A DNA stretch of 57,854 bases, filler included, from Sphacelaria rigidula (Eukaryota), in the NCBI GenBank assembly GCA_964200075.2. It is 7 parts of 7 records of this genome, joined end to end, with 100 filler letters (N's around TTAATTAATTAA, not from the genome) between each part and the next. Parts side by side here need not be neighbours in the genome. Positions count along the whole stretch, not along the records: positions 8,281 to 16,459 come from CAXNAA020012003.1; positions 16,560 to 24,738 come from CAXNAA020012004.1; 5 more parts are not named here. One strand, written 5' to 3'. Numbering within the stretch: position 1 is the stretch's first letter; each line of letters starts with the position of its first letter. Position numbers and translations under genes: made by a program. The notes under the pieces were generated by a model. The model was not told where the DNA came from, searched no databases, and saw only the letters and a program-made list of their open reading frames with translations. Positions 10,871 through 23,827 of the stretch are shown here, piece after piece.

Positions 10871-13359
10871 TCATACGGGGAGCATCGTTCGTATATTCGT
10901 ACCGCCGAACCAATGTGACAAATGTTCTGCCCCCACAGATGCTTGCGCATTAACGAAGGCGCGTTCTTCAGTCATTATTTCAGAGAGAACAAGAGGCGTA
11001 ACGGGAGCAACCATACACTCCCGCACAATAACACTTCCTGATGGCATCACACCATCCTCCTTTAGCACCTGACCGGATATCAGCAGAGGTACCTCAAGCA
11101 ACGCCACCAAACATGCTAAACCTGTCCATGCAAACAGCAGTGCATACGATCACCCGAACACAACGCAACGCTCGACGTCGCCATAGGAATTGTGATCGCT
11201 AATCCCATCAGAAGCCTGCAGCTCGCTCTGCGTACCCGCCACACGCCCCTAATGCTTCGAGCATGCACAGCGTGTCTACAGCAACGCGCTGCTCCGGCAG
11301 CAATTCCGCCAACCCGGCATCCACCTCTCCTTGAAGCAGATACCGTTGCAAATCATCTGAACAATCTCCCGTCATACCGTTGGCGCAGATAGATTCGCCA
11401 TGAGCGTGGCGAGCCCCAAGCTCGCTCTGCTCGTTCGCATTACGCGAACAACACAGCCCTGTAGCTTCGAGCATGCAAGGCATATCCTCAGCTACACGCT
11501 GCTCCGGCGGCAACTCCGCCAACCCGGCATTCACCTTTTCTTCAAGAACACACCAATGCGAATCACCTGAACGATCTCCCGCCAGATCATTGGCGCAGAT
11601 AGATGCGCCATGAACATGGCGAGCGCCGAAGCTCGCTCTGCTCGCTCGCAGTACGCGAATAACTCATCCCTCCAGCTTCGCCTTTTTCAACAGCAGTGTC
11701 AGCGACTGCCAAATCAGCACCTACTACTATATTCTCACAGTTCGTGCTGCGCTGTGTGTCCCTTCGGACAGATACATGCTGTGTCTCCTTCGCGCCTTTC
11801 AAAGTGGCTGAGCGTCGTTGCTTTAGCCGCGGGCGAGCTCCAACTACTGCACTCTCAGCAGCCGCACTGTTGTGCCTGCCTCCTCGGACAGGTTCATGTT
11901 GTGTCGCTTTCTTTCCCGTCAAAGTGCAGGCAGCTTCCCCGCGTCGTTGCTTCGGACGTGGGCGAGCTCGAATTACTGCACCTTTAGCGGACGAACTGTC
12001 GTGCCTGTCTCCACGGACAGGCACATGCTGTATCATTTTCGCTGCCCTAAGAGTGCAGGCAGCTACTCCGTATCGTCGACTCAAACGCGCGGGTGCTCGA
12101 ATTACGGCACTCTTCATGGGCGCACTGTCTTGTCCGTCCCCTCCGACAGACATAAGCTGTGTGACCATTTCGACCGTCTCATTGCCATGCACAACTCTCA
12201 GTGATGCAAGGTACGCATGCTTGTGCAACGCAAAGAGCAATTTCCCGTGTTCAACATCATTCGCGTCATTTCAAAACGTATCACACGGACAGTCCTCAAG
12301 TTGTGCGGGCATGAGGTCACAGACCGCTCGCTCGTTGAGAACGTGCAGCCTGCCTGACGCGCATTCGCTGCGCGCACCTCACCAATGTACTCCTCATACG
12401 GCCGCAAAAACTGGGCAGAGTTTTCACTCGAAAACTGGCGACCGTAGTATGCCATGTCCAGAAATCGCGCACGGACAGCGCGACCATCGATAACAACATA
12501 TTGCTGTGGCGCCCGGACAACGTGACCATCTACTGCGATATACTCCTGCACCTCCTACATGATGCTCAGCGATACAGCAGTCCAAACAGTTTCTTTCCTA
12601 CAAAACCGAGGTTGCCTCCCAATCACAGAAACAACAACTTCTCTTACACCAAGACGCGCTGTGCCACCATACAACGACGACCACAACGCCTCTTCCTCAC
12701 GCGGTTCTCACCAGCTCTTGAATTCCTTAGACTCCTCCTCCTGAATGTATCTGGCTAAGCTTGGACCAGCCGTCTCTTGCCGGCGCCACAGGCAGTAATT
12801 ACGCCGTTATTTTTCGCGCTTACGGGCTCGCCAGTTGTCGATCAACCCCCCGCGCCTGAAGCACGAGCGATACCATAACCCGCCCTAGTACTGCCTCACA
12901 ACCTCTTTGGCTCTGCTTCTCCAGCCCCTCTCGAGGTAGACACGCCTTGAGCTGGTCTTGCCACAGACTGAACAGGCCTGCAGGCTTCCCCGTCTTGAGG
13001 TATCAGCTGCTTTTCAGCGGACCTACCGCCATATAACTAGCTGACCTAATGAACGTTTATTATACACCTCGTCAGTCAAGATCAGACAGCTTTGGTTATT
13101 CATTTATCAACCCTCAGCTGTTCATGGTACAGGAAAACAGGACTCTCTCCACCGGAGTAAAAGCCAACCCCAAACCTTGCGGCGACAAAATACCCACAGA
13201 GTCCACCGATCACACCCGCAGACCCGTGATCCATAAATCAGCAGTAAACGCCTACAGCGCATTGCTGCACTCAATAATATCTCCAACCTAGGTAACAATG
13301 ATGGCCAGAGACTACAGGGTCCAAATGTGCAACCCCTACCGTGATATGACTTATCTACA
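10871..13359 (-). mobile_element. Probable degenerate LTR retrotransposon: 5' LTR, PBS-like site and frameshifted gag-like ORF with internal tandem repeats
   Basis: On the minus strand, TGTAGA starts at 13359, AATAAA lies at 13061-13056 and the LTR-like end GTTATA at 13032 is followed directly by TGGCGG (PBS-like). Intronless ORFs 12551-12198 and 12240-11587 overlap by a frameshift (YEEYIGEVRAAN...LLFALHKHA, reminiscent of stramenopile gypsy gag). No pol is seen. Confidence 0.4.
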
Positions 13360-13605
13360 GTGACGGAACTATTAATAGTCTAGACATTCTCTGTAAGCAA
13401 AGGCCCTGCACTGCCGAAATGATTCAACTCTTCCACAAGTTGTTGAGGTGGTTATTGTGGTTTCATCGTCCGTCAGACGCGACAAACTTAGATTTGAAAA
13501 ATTGCGGTGGCTGTATCATTCTATGCTTTTTTTTCAACTTGTTTTTTTCTGCGCTTCTTTTTTTATTTATTTTCCGTGCTACTGTTGTTTGTGTCATCGG
13601 GGTAG

Positions 13606-13713
13606 GTGAAAGTCATCAGCGGAGAGTTCAACGGTCTAAGGGCGGACGTCGAAAGAAAAACGCCGCTGGAGGCGTTTTACGCGGCGACGAACCCATTTGG
13701 CTTCCGCGACAAG
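13606..13713 (+). CDS. Isolated exon, weakly pirin-like (VKVISGEFNGLRADVERKTPL)
   Basis: T-rich tract and TAG acceptor, AAG|gtacaa donor, 108 nt open in phase 0. The pirin resemblance is by eye only and no partner exons were found. Confidence 0.3.
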
Positions 13714-16605
13714 GTACAACGCAAAGATAACCGCCGTGACGTCGTCACACCAGCTCGCGATGAAGCGCACGCAACGACAGGAAAGGACGAGGCGGAGGTG
13801 GTGGAGATGGGGTCACCAAGCAACCGTAGCGGGGAGGGGCAGGAATGATTTTATTTTGTGCAGTACGCAGACGCACCAGTGGTTGGGAAACACGTTGTAT
13901 CTACCGCGAGGCCCGTCGGTACAGATTTGCTCCTAATCGCCGATTCTGCCTTCGCCGTTACATTTTTATACCTGCTGCAAGTAGCTCACCGGTACGGACG
14001 AGGTCCCTCCTGATCCGAGGGAGGTTGCGTTGGACTAGAATAAGGTGCCGTTCGTGGCTTTTATGATTTGTTAGAGTGCTGCGCCTGATGAAGGGCCAGC
14101 TGCTGAGCTAGTTCGCAGTGATGTGCAGTGTCGATCGGGTACACTTAAAAATCGCCACAACATATAGATGAGGTTCGCTGGCCTCCTTGTGCGTAAAATT
14201 CCGTTTCGGCGCTGACATCTTGCTTGAACAACTGTGTTTGTTTGGCCATTTCCCCTGGCTCCTGGTATACTACAGTAACATTTATTTTTGAAATGCGGAT
14301 TATCTTTGTTTCATATGATTATTGAAACACGTTTTCCTGCTGTCCCAACCAGTGGGTTACCGCGTTGAATTGTACATAATGGCGTCGCAGAGAAACTGGG
14401 AAATTATGTGTTCCGTCTGCGTTGGTGTGCGTGCGCCGCGTGTGTTTATGCACATGTGTGCGGGTTCTTTTCTGTGTATAGCGATGGCATGTTTTGTGTA
14501 GACTGAGCTCCTTGTGTATCCGTGGCAGCTCGAACTTTCAGGCGCCTTGTGAGTGTGCATGACTTGATGCCGTGAATTGTGTTTTGACACCTCTGTTGTT
14601 GGTGAAGAGCGGTGCGATGGTGCACCAGATGAAAGTCAAAGTGTTGTCCCCCTCTCGAGATGTAGCGGGTAAAGAGTGGAAAAATAAGGGAGACCGTGGA
14701 GGCTTTTTGATGGGCTGTAGGCGAAGGGAATTGAGCCCGTTAGACAAAACTTGCAAGTAAAGTGGCACTTCTGCTACTGCTGTAGTTGCAAAAGGCGACG
14801 TATCCATAGCGCTCGGGTCAATGCATCACTTTGGTTCGGCCACCTTATGCCAACAATCAAATGCCACGCTTCATCTGAAAAATGCGAGGAGTCGATAGAG
14901 TGTGCTTCGAGTCAACCAACATGTTGAGTTGACGTTGCGGACTCATTTCCCGTTCGGGTTGCACCGATCGATAGGGCTTGCTTTGACTCATCGCCTTGGT
15001 CCGGGCACCTTACGACACCCCATTTCAGTGACCAAATGCCATGCACAAGCTGAACACTGCAGTCTACACACAGCATGCTCTGGACCGATCGATGTAGGAA
15101 ATTGACAGTCCGGATGCGGTATCTCGGCCGAATATTATCGACGGTAATTCTCATTAAAGTTCTACAGATCCAGTGTTCAACTACAGCAACAGCTCACGAG
15201 GAATCCAGGATGGAAATGACCGAGAGAACGTCGGCCCGTTTCTCACCCTACTAGCGATGCACGGGGGGAGATGGGCAAATAAGGAAACTGATGTACTCTA
15301 CTGTTCCCTATAGTTTGTTGATTTTGTCGTTGAGTCGGTGGTCTTGCGGTATTCCCTGCGTACAGATAATCCCATATACTCTATATGTAGCAGATGGAAC
15401 TTGTACACCGCCAATACCTGAAATTGGGTATAGAAAGAACTTGCTCGCGAGCAGCTTCAGCTGTTCAAGTCCCGCATACTGCACGCAAGGTTCCGTTGCA
15501 GCTGAGGTAATGATAACGGAAATCAATTCACCTCGGTTATCAAAGGATATACCTGATGAAAAACCCGTAGTCCCGTGTCGACCTAACTAAAACAAAATAC
15601 AGGGAATAATTAAACATCTCATCGCGCGGAAGATACTGCGTACTCGGGATATATATTTACAACAATAAACTGTACTGGACTGTACAATACCATTGCATGC
15701 TGCGGGACAGTGCGCTATACCGTGCTTATACGTGCGGCGCCATGAACTACAGATGGCTGGCTATATATACAACGTAGATGCCTGTAGCTTATTTCGATAT
15801 ATCGGGGTGTTACATACCGTCACGAACTCCAGTTTTACACACGCGCGTCCGACAGCATGTGCGCACAGTTGCTGCAGCACAGTAAGTAGGGCGTGAAAGG
15901 GAAAGGGGAAAGTACAGTACAGACAGCGCAGGATAATGTATATATATATATATGTTCTCTACCTACAGTGCGACGTGAAAAGGACTTGAACAACGTGCAG
16001 CATATTGCACGGCCTGCTGTATATGCTGCACTATGTTATCGGTGCGTCCAGCATGCATATGGTGAGTGTTGTGACAGTGTCTATGCATAAGAGGCGGCCG
16101 GTTGATTTTTCCTCGCACCCGCCTGCTACACCCCGCGTATGTCATCGCCGCACAATATCGCGACCATGCAAGAAGATGCTCAAGTTTCCACCCACAAGAA
16201 ATACATCATATCCACCCACGGCAGTGTGTATGTGTCTATATCGCTGCGCCCGACCCGTGCTCTTTGCTGCAGGCAGGTTGTGGTGGTATAGCTGGGAATA
16301 ATACTGTTGTGCGAGCGCAGCCGGTCGGTGATATATATAATATACGGTGTAGATATCTTGGGGTGATGATCTATATACTACTAATACAGCCGCATCGGCC
16401 AGGCCTGGGCGTGCTTCTACAAGTACAGCAAAGCGGTCTACGACAACCGGTACATCGCCNNNNNNNNNNNNNNNNNNNNNNNNNNNNNNNNNNNNNNNNN
16501 NNNTTAATTAATTAANNNNNNNNNNNNNNNNNNNNNNNNNNNNNNNNNNNNNNNNNNNNCGCCCCATCCCCCCTTCCTTTTTCCTTCTATTTCTTCTCCG
16601 TGTAC

Positions 16606-19600
16606 CTGCAGCGTCTTCCAGAATCCTGCTGTGGTACGCATGCTGCAGCGCGTGACCGTCGGCGGCAAGAGCTATCTGATATTCTTCACGCTCGTGCGCC
16701 AATTTCTGGAGAATATCGACGCAAGCCCGGCATCGCTTCTGCGTGATGTCGAGGTTGTTGCTGCTGTTGAGGTCGGATTTGGTCGTTTGGGCCATTTTCA
16801 TTCCGTGGAAATACGTCAGCTTTCGGTCTTTGAGACTCTCCCCCAGGAAAGCATCTGCTGCTCTGCCCTCTAGAAGCACCTGGTTTGTGTTGTGTGTTCA
16901 TTTTCAAACGGAAAAGAAGGCCAGCGTAGGGACTGCCCAGATTATGTATAGACATGAATCTCAAACGTAGATTCTCGGGCATGTAGCCAATCAGCCTGGT
17001 ATGAGCCAGAATGGTTCAGTGCGAGATACCAACAGGAACGGTTCGGGAACCAGAAGTGCAGCCAGTATGATTCAACCGAGCCAAAACTGCTCCGTGGCTC
17101 TATGTTGTAAGCTCCACAGTTAGGGTTGAGGGCTGAGGTTCTGAGAGGAGGTTCACATAAAAGTGTACACCAAGCACAAGCAGGTGACGCCTGAAGAAAT
17201 AATAAAAGCGCGGCGATGCAGCGCCCCATGCGGGTCAGTCGTCTGCTTAACCCGCCAAGATCTCTCACGATAATTGTCTTGCTCCGCTAGAAACGGTGCA
17301 CTGCGAGGAAACGCGGCACGGCCAGATGAAACACCTCCCAGGGGCATAGGGACAGAGAGTGGATAAGAGAATTGGCGATGATTCCTAGTCTGTTGCGGAA
17401 ACACACAGTGCTGACTTCCGCACCTATAGTTCACGGAATCATAGGCACCATCATACCCCACCGTATGACGGTGACAACGTGGCAGGTGTTCACATGAAAA
17501 CGAGTGTTGGAATTGGAATGGTATAATGCGTGAGAGGACCGCGTGCTAAGAGGACCGCACCGAAATTTGAACATCCCTGTGGGTAGGCTTCGGGTTAGGG
17601 TTAGTGTTGGGGTCGGGGTCAGGGGCGTGGTCCCTGCAGGGACTGGCCCGATTGGTTTTGGAAAATATCGATCGTCAGGTGTTTCGAGCCACGGCGCGGT
17701 CCTCTAAGCACGCGGTCCTCTCACGCACTACAATGGCCTGCGGTGGGGACGGTATGGGGCCTCGTTAATAGAGAAAATCGAGGCTGAGTTTGTGGTCGCC
17801 CCGGGTGATATGATATGCTTCGCATGATGGCCTACAAATCTAGTGCCCACAAAAACCTGACATGTGGTCAAGAGAATTGCCTTCATTTGTTTTCCTCGTT
17901 TGACTTCTTAGGGTACTGCAACGCTGCGCTCTTCCTCAACGCATCTTGCACCTGTCGGCGTCACTACATACATCTACGGCACGAATCTCCACCTGTCCGC
18001 CATTGTGAGCTGTAAATGACGGAGTTGTATATGCTCATGGTCACGTACAGCACAAAAAAACATGGATAAAGGTGAGCAACAATGACACATTGGACTGGGT
18101 GTGAGTCAAATCTTCGGTAAATCCGGACAGACAATACTTGCAGGTGACCTGGCAATCCTACTTTTTTGGTACTCTCAGACGGTAATCGGATGGTATTTTT
18201 TGTATTCATGAAATACACGACGAGGCTTAATTTACAGCACTAGTTCCTTTAAAAAAACAAGTCCCTGTCCTCCCGCCAAATTCCCATTACCGGAATCCCA
18301 GAAAGGTTCTTCAGCGACACACAATCTCGGGCGCGTGGTCGCCCCAAGCTTTAAAGAAAAAAGTAATCTTCGAATAGTTATCATCTTGAGTGCTCTGTAT
18401 GCACCCTTCAGCATGTACCTACGACACTGACTGCAGTAAATACTCGCCTTTTTCATAGCTGTTTTCCACGATTTACTAGCTCCTTCTTCATGCTGTGTGC
18501 TTGGTATTGAGCATGTCTGGGATGTCACTCGCCGTTGCCGTATTTGTGACCCTGCCCTTGCAAACCGGCGTCTACCTCCGCTATTGAGCGCTAACTTTGG
18601 TTCTTCCCGCTCGCGGTCATGTTGATGGCTCCTGAAAAAACCAACATAGCAGAGAAGTACCCACTACGTGATGTTATGGACAATGTAGGGGACACCAAAA
18701 CTGCAAAACGATCCGCCTTCCTCCACCCACTGGCAAGTAAGCTATGGGGTAGCGCACCACCTCAACAGTGTGCTCACGGCAATGTATTAGCATAAAACAA
18801 CATTTTCGCGAGAGTCGGAACGGATTTTTTTTCGGAACGGGAGCTCTTTTTTGTGCTTTACACCAAGACGGCCGAATCGTCCGAAACGGCCGTCACCCCC
18901 CTGAAAGCCCAGAATCTGACGGGAATTTTGCCAGAATCAGATTTGAAATATTCTTATACCAAAACTCCCGTTAGATCACGGGTTCTCAGCGGGATGATCG
19001 CCGCTTCGGACGATTCGGCCGTCTTGGTGTAAATTGCGATAAACCTCTCGTTCCGCGAAGGAAAACGTTGTTAATCTCACGAACACGTTGCCACAAATGG
19101 ACACCTTCGCCAATGGTGGTGAGTATTTCTTGGCCGTTCGCGGCGATGTGTCATGAGGCAAATGATTGGAGAGTATCTGAACGCCTGTAAATGCCGACAC
19201 ACAAGTCCAGTGTATCGGCTCCATCTGAAGAAGGTATGGGTGAGCTATACTATGTCTGCTCGTGGCCACGAAAGCCCCAAACAAACAAAACCCATCTCAA
19301 CCCATACACGCCAACCAAACACCGTACGCCCATTTAGTTACTATCTGCTGGAGTGGTTCTACGGTCGGGGCGACCTTTTTCGTTCAAAACTTTTATTAGG
19401 CTGCGTGTTTGTCATCGAGATACTTCCAGAGTGCAGAGCCTCAGCAACAAAACGTTCACTACTGTAATGCGTGAGAGGGCCGCGTGCTTAGAGGACCGCA
19501 TTGGAATTTGAACACCCTTATGCTCAGGGTTAGGGTTAGGGTTAGTGTTGGGGTTATAGTCAGGCTCGTGGTACCTGCAGGGATCGGCCCGATTGGTTTT

Positions 19601-20214
19601 GAAAAACGTCGGTCCTGAGGTGTTTTGAACTACGGCGCGGTCCTCTAGGCGCGCGGTCCTCTCACGCATCACACTACTGCCGCAGAACCACTCGTTAAAG
19701 GCATGAGATACTATATGTTTTCGTTCTGGACACACAAACGTTACACAGTACTGCTGCACTACCGTACCAACACATGATTTTATCACACAAATATTCCATT
19801 ACGTGTGTAATACGCGTTGACTGGTCATGTGAACATATCTCTTGCTAGGCAGTCAGTAACTTTTTGAAGGTCCCTCATCGCCGCTCACCTCAAGAGCATC
19901 GTTTGATATCGCTGTACAGCCACAATAGATGCAGCAGGTGATGAGGGTTCCGGTTGCCGTACTCCCATAAACATCCCGACCGCTTCCTGGAAGGCGGGCT
20001 TATTTTTGGTATTATCTGGGGGGGCGTGCATTAGTTTGAAGCTGTCGTGTGACTCGCGTTTTGGAGTTATCGCGTTGTCGCGGGACTCATGTGTGTTCTT
20101 CGCGTTGCCGCGTGATACCTCGACCTTGTCTTGGGGTGAGGACACAGGAAGTGGTAGTAACCGTGGCGTTTTACTGGATGGAACAGCAGCCCCGACATAC
20201 TTCTTCATCTTCAT
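16606..20214 (-). CDS. Partial spliced gene of unknown function
   Basis: Exons >=20214-19889 (donor AG|gtgagc, phase 2), 18631-18448 (ttttttcag acceptor; donor AAG|gcgagt, phase 0) and 16879-16606 (aaccag acceptor; CAG|gtacac donor) splice into one open frame: ...QTMLLRSHQHDRER...WKTAMKKVLLEGRAADAFLGESL...RILEDAA. The 5' end is unresolved. Confidence 0.65.
17522..17732. mobile_element. MITE family A (TGT...ACA-type termini, 4-bp TSD ATGG, internal TTAGGG-like tract)
   Basis: ~37-bp TIR taatgcgtgagaggaccgcgtgctaagaggaccgc / gcggtcctctaagcacgcggtcctctcacgcacta; ATGG at 17518-17521 and 17733-17736. Confidence 0.9.
18861..19029. mobile_element. MITE with long TIRs flanked by TA (Tc1/mariner-like)
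   Basis: TA-CACCAAGACGGCCGAATCGTCCGAA...TTCGGACGATTCGGCCGTCTTGGTG-TA; the arms pair imperfectly for about 70 bp. Confidence 0.85.
19463..19673. mobile_element. MITE family A, second copy (TSD CTAC)
   Basis: TGTAATGCGTGAGAG...CTCTCACGCATCACA; CTAC at 19459-19462 and 19674-19677; internal agggttagggttagggttag. Confidence 0.9.
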
Positions 20215-22260
20215 GGCGAGCGGTGCACAACAGAGCCAGGTCTGTCTTCTGTGGCGATTTCAGTTCGTTGGTCAAGAAGGTTTCGGGATCCACTTCATGG
20301 CGACCGGTGCATGGCAGAGCCAGGTCTCCCTTCCGTGAGGATATCAATTACAAGAGTTGGTCGAGGAGGTTTCGGGACTCTTTTGCGCGTACTGCTGGGC
20401 AACGGGAATCTCACAAGAATGCGACGGCGCGAAGCGATGACGCGGCGGAACACCCCCTGGAGAAATAAAGCATACACGGGTTGTTCCGCGTCGTCCAACA
20501 AATGTGGTGTACTTCCAGTATTTACTTTTTTCTTCCGCCATCGGGGAGTGTCTCGGGTTTACTGCACCCCCAAATGAAGCGAGCGTAAAAGCTACGGAAG
20601 AACTTGCACCTGCACCGAACTCCGGAGTCTCATCAACTAGAAAAAAATCAAGCGGCTTTTCTGCCATCCGGTTTCAACGCCCGAGGTGGTGAACACTACT
20701 GGCGGTGTACGCCCTGCCCGCCTGCATGGCACCCACAGAAGCAATAAACAAGATGAAGGCGAAACAATACCACCATGGCTACTGCCTTATCCTACGTTGC
20801 ACCCGCTCACGATCCCTAGCCATCGCCAGTTGGTGACGCCCCCCGTTGGTACAGGAATATTGGCGATAATATTATTGCGGCCGCATTACTACCGTACTAT
20901 GCTGAACCATCCTTACGCGTTGGTCTATCCAACGTCCAACTATCCTACTGTCGTGGATACGATCCTAAAATCTCGTTGGCTCTAGTAAATGGTTCGATAT
21001 TGGTTCCAATTGCCCATGCGGGTTCTAATTCATTTTCATGTTCGGTGTTCTCCCGTCGCAAACCAACAGTGCAACAGACCGACACCCGTGCCCGCCGACA
21101 TAGTAGCTACGCCGGATTAGACTCCACGATCAGGTCAGCATCACTAATTCAAAGATAATAGTAACGGCCAGGGATGTGTGTAGCTAACGGGAAGATGATC
21201 TACAGTGTTCGCGAAATATCAACCACGATTCGATAGCCAAAAACGCAGCAACCCAGGAACACGGTACGAGTATCTTTCGTGAGAGTGACACGAAATTCAT
21301 GTTCGTTTAACTGCGGCACTTTGCCTTGTAGGTTTCAACGGCGCTGGCGCGCGCGTGTCCGGTTTGTGTGTAAGTTAGCGCCCTAAGTGTAACCCTACGC
21401 TAACCCTAACCACTGCGTCTTTGTCAGAGGCTTAGTGGTAGTGGGCTGGAGAGATGTCTACTCGTCGAGGACCATCGATCGCTTCGCTTGCACAGTATAG
21501 TAAAGCACCGCACTGGTTGCGCTCATATTTCAAAACCCTTGGGGACAGCAGCAGGGGGAAGTTCGCGTTTTACCCATTGTGGAGTTTGTGGGGCAGGCTC
21601 AAAATATATCTGACGGGCAAAGCGCTCTTCTCATTGACATTCGTGCTAATGTGAGCAGACGTAACATATCTATGCGTACAACATGAAACAACAGCCCGTG
21701 TCCCCATTGCAGTTACAGGCTAGGCCGCGGCCGAAGCAGTCCCTGGCCGAGACCCGCATGCATGTACGATAATCCATGGAATATACACAGTATAGTAAAG
21801 GTGTGTGCTAGTCATGTTGTGCATTTTGTCCCGACTTGATGCAACCCCAATCACGCAAAAAAAAAACGGACGCGAACGTGCGCTTTGAAGTTCAGCGGGC
21901 GCCGTTGAAATTTACACCTCATGTAGGCAGGGCGATAACTTTGAGCTATAAGTCACTGCACGGCACGCCTGCTTCTTGCAACGACTCGTGCCGTCTGATT
22001 CTCAAAGAAGACATACTGATTGTATGCCTACTGACAACCGTTTCTATTTACCATAATATTGAGAATTTTGAGTTTCGCCTGTCAACCGCCACAATACCGG
22101 TGACATAAACACAGTACACTACAGGAGAGCACTACCGTGCTGTTCAAACAGTGTGCCTGTACGCAGCAAACTTCATTCTCTCTTCATTATTTACCCCGAG
22201 GTTGAAGTCGGTCCCATCTAGGATTATTCTCTAGGTTAACCTCTTCACTTGGGAGGAACG

Positions 22261-22375
22261 AAGGCACACCGAGAACCCTCGGGTGAGGGGGTGGGAAATG
22301 TTTACTAGGCAGAGTATGCGTTACCAGACCTCCAATCGACGCCCCAGGTGCCGATTTCGATAAAACGCGTTCGTA
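22261..22375. mobile_element. MITE family B core fragment
   Basis: aaggcacaccgagaaccctcggg...ctaggcagagtatgcgtt...atcgacgccccagg matches the core at about 9033-9120. Confidence 0.65.
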
Positions 22376-22384
22376 TCGATCCCT

Positions 22385-22892
22385 TTAACCCTTTGAGTGC
22401 GAGAGTAGGTCATCTGTTGAATCGGCATCAATTTAACTTGGAAAAAGTATGCATGATCTAGGTAGACAGCCCTCGCGGCCAAACATTTGATCGCGAAGAT
22501 GGGTCACCGTGGTGAATCGGCATCAATTTCGCTTGAAGAATGTATGCATGATCCAGATTGACTACCCCCGTCGAGCGTGTTGACCACGAGAGTCGTAGGT
22601 CACCTGCCGAATCGGCATCAATATACACCTGAAAAAGTATGCGTGATCCAGATGGACTACCCGCACGCCTGCCTAAGGGTCAACCCTTAGACCGCAAGAA
22701 TAGGTCACCTGCTGAATCGGCATCAATATTCGCCTGAACGAAGTGTGCGTGATCTAGATGGACTACCCGCACCGTGGTCTAAGGGTTAACCCTTATAGAC
22801 CGCGAGGTTAGCCTTCTGTTGAATCGGCATCAGTTTCGAGTGAAAAAAGTATGCATGATCCAGAAAGACTCATCTCGCGGTCTAAGGGTTAA
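22385..22892. mobile_element. Tandem array of five piggyBac-like MITE units
   Basis: Five ~100-bp units, each containing gaatcggcatca...tgcatgatc. Unit ends CCCTTAGACCGC...GCGGTCTAAGGG are joined by TTAA or TCAA where intact; outer TTAA at 22385 and 22889. Confidence 0.8.
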
Positions 22893-23218
22893 ACGAATCG
22901 CTGTACTGTACAGTTGTTTTTTCATGTCCTTGTGCAGCGTGTCTCTTTCTCCTGTCCCTACATATTGCCAACCATTTTCATCCGACTGCTGTATGCAGAA
23001 TCCGATTCCTGCTTCACTGTAATCAGACGGCTGGATCCGTTGCATTGTGTAACGATTCGTCCCGATACTGTACACAAACCGCAGATCCCGCTACGCTCCG
23101 ATCCTTCCCTTCCTTCTCAGCAGTACAGAGGAGCGTAGGCTTCTGTCGTAAGGATGAGTGGGCATGGTTGACAGGAACCATAATCAAATTCTGGTGCATT
23201 CAGGGCATTCATTTCTTT

Positions 23219-23370
23219 CAAGCCTTGGATATCGTATCGAAAGTTTTCATATATCGTATCGAAATATCGTCATCGTTATCGTATCGAAACTTGTTCGATA
23301 AAACGATTACGATAGCGATAACGATAAGTTCGATACGATACGATACGATACGACACGACACGATACGATA
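23219..23370. repeat. TATCG/CGATA inverted short-repeat cluster (likely DNA-transposon subterminal repeats)
   Basis: Multiple tatcg motifs switch to cgata motifs about a centre near 23292. Confidence 0.55.
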
Positions 23371-23403
23371 AATGACGTCTTTTTACCCGATGAATGAGTG
23401 AGT

Positions 23404-23636
23404 ATTCGAGGCAACCCAAAGGGGGGTGCATACGTTCCCCTAGGTAAAGTGTGCGTTGTCAGACGACCTGAAATCGACCCCCCAGGCGCCCATTTCGACA
23501 CAAACACAATCCCGACGCGCTGGGTCCACTGCTCACCAGCCCCAAACCATAAGTTTTCTCAGAACTTTCTCGATTCTAAAATCAAGTAGTCATGTTGTCA
23601 ACCATGTATATAGAACCAAAGCTTCAGGTCTACTGT
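23404..23636. mobile_element. MITE family B, 5'-truncated copy
   Basis: Core ctaggtaaagtgtgcgtt...actgctcacc...aaaatcaagta; ends ggtctactg followed by TA. Confidence 0.7.
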
Positions 23637-23827
23637 AGGACTGGATTTTTTCTCATTTTACCTGCGGTGATCCATAATTGTTAGGCTCTCACCCATTCTG
23701 CTTCTCGTACGTATTGACGTTTTCTGAACCTAAATTCGGGTAATAATATATACCCCGAGGAGGCATTTGCGCTCCTTGGTCATCCTACTTTGGGGTACAA
23801 TCAAGTTTACCACACGCCTGCTCGTTA

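Noticed and set aside
11696..12493. 265-aa plus-strand Cys-rich ORF
   Set aside because: Antisense to the repeat-containing gag-like frames, with no recognisable domain.
16612..16873. Plus-strand exon VFQNPAVVRMLQRV... after a pyrimidine tract
   Set aside because: The minus-strand reading has both splice sites and joins two upstream exons in phase, so the plus-strand frame is probably a shadow.
20344..20667. 5' extension of the minus-strand gene through in-frame TGA codons (readthrough or selenocysteine)
   Set aside because: Three in-frame TGAs fall within a small tandem duplication; an unresolved intron or UTR is the simpler explanation, and there is no SECIS evidence.
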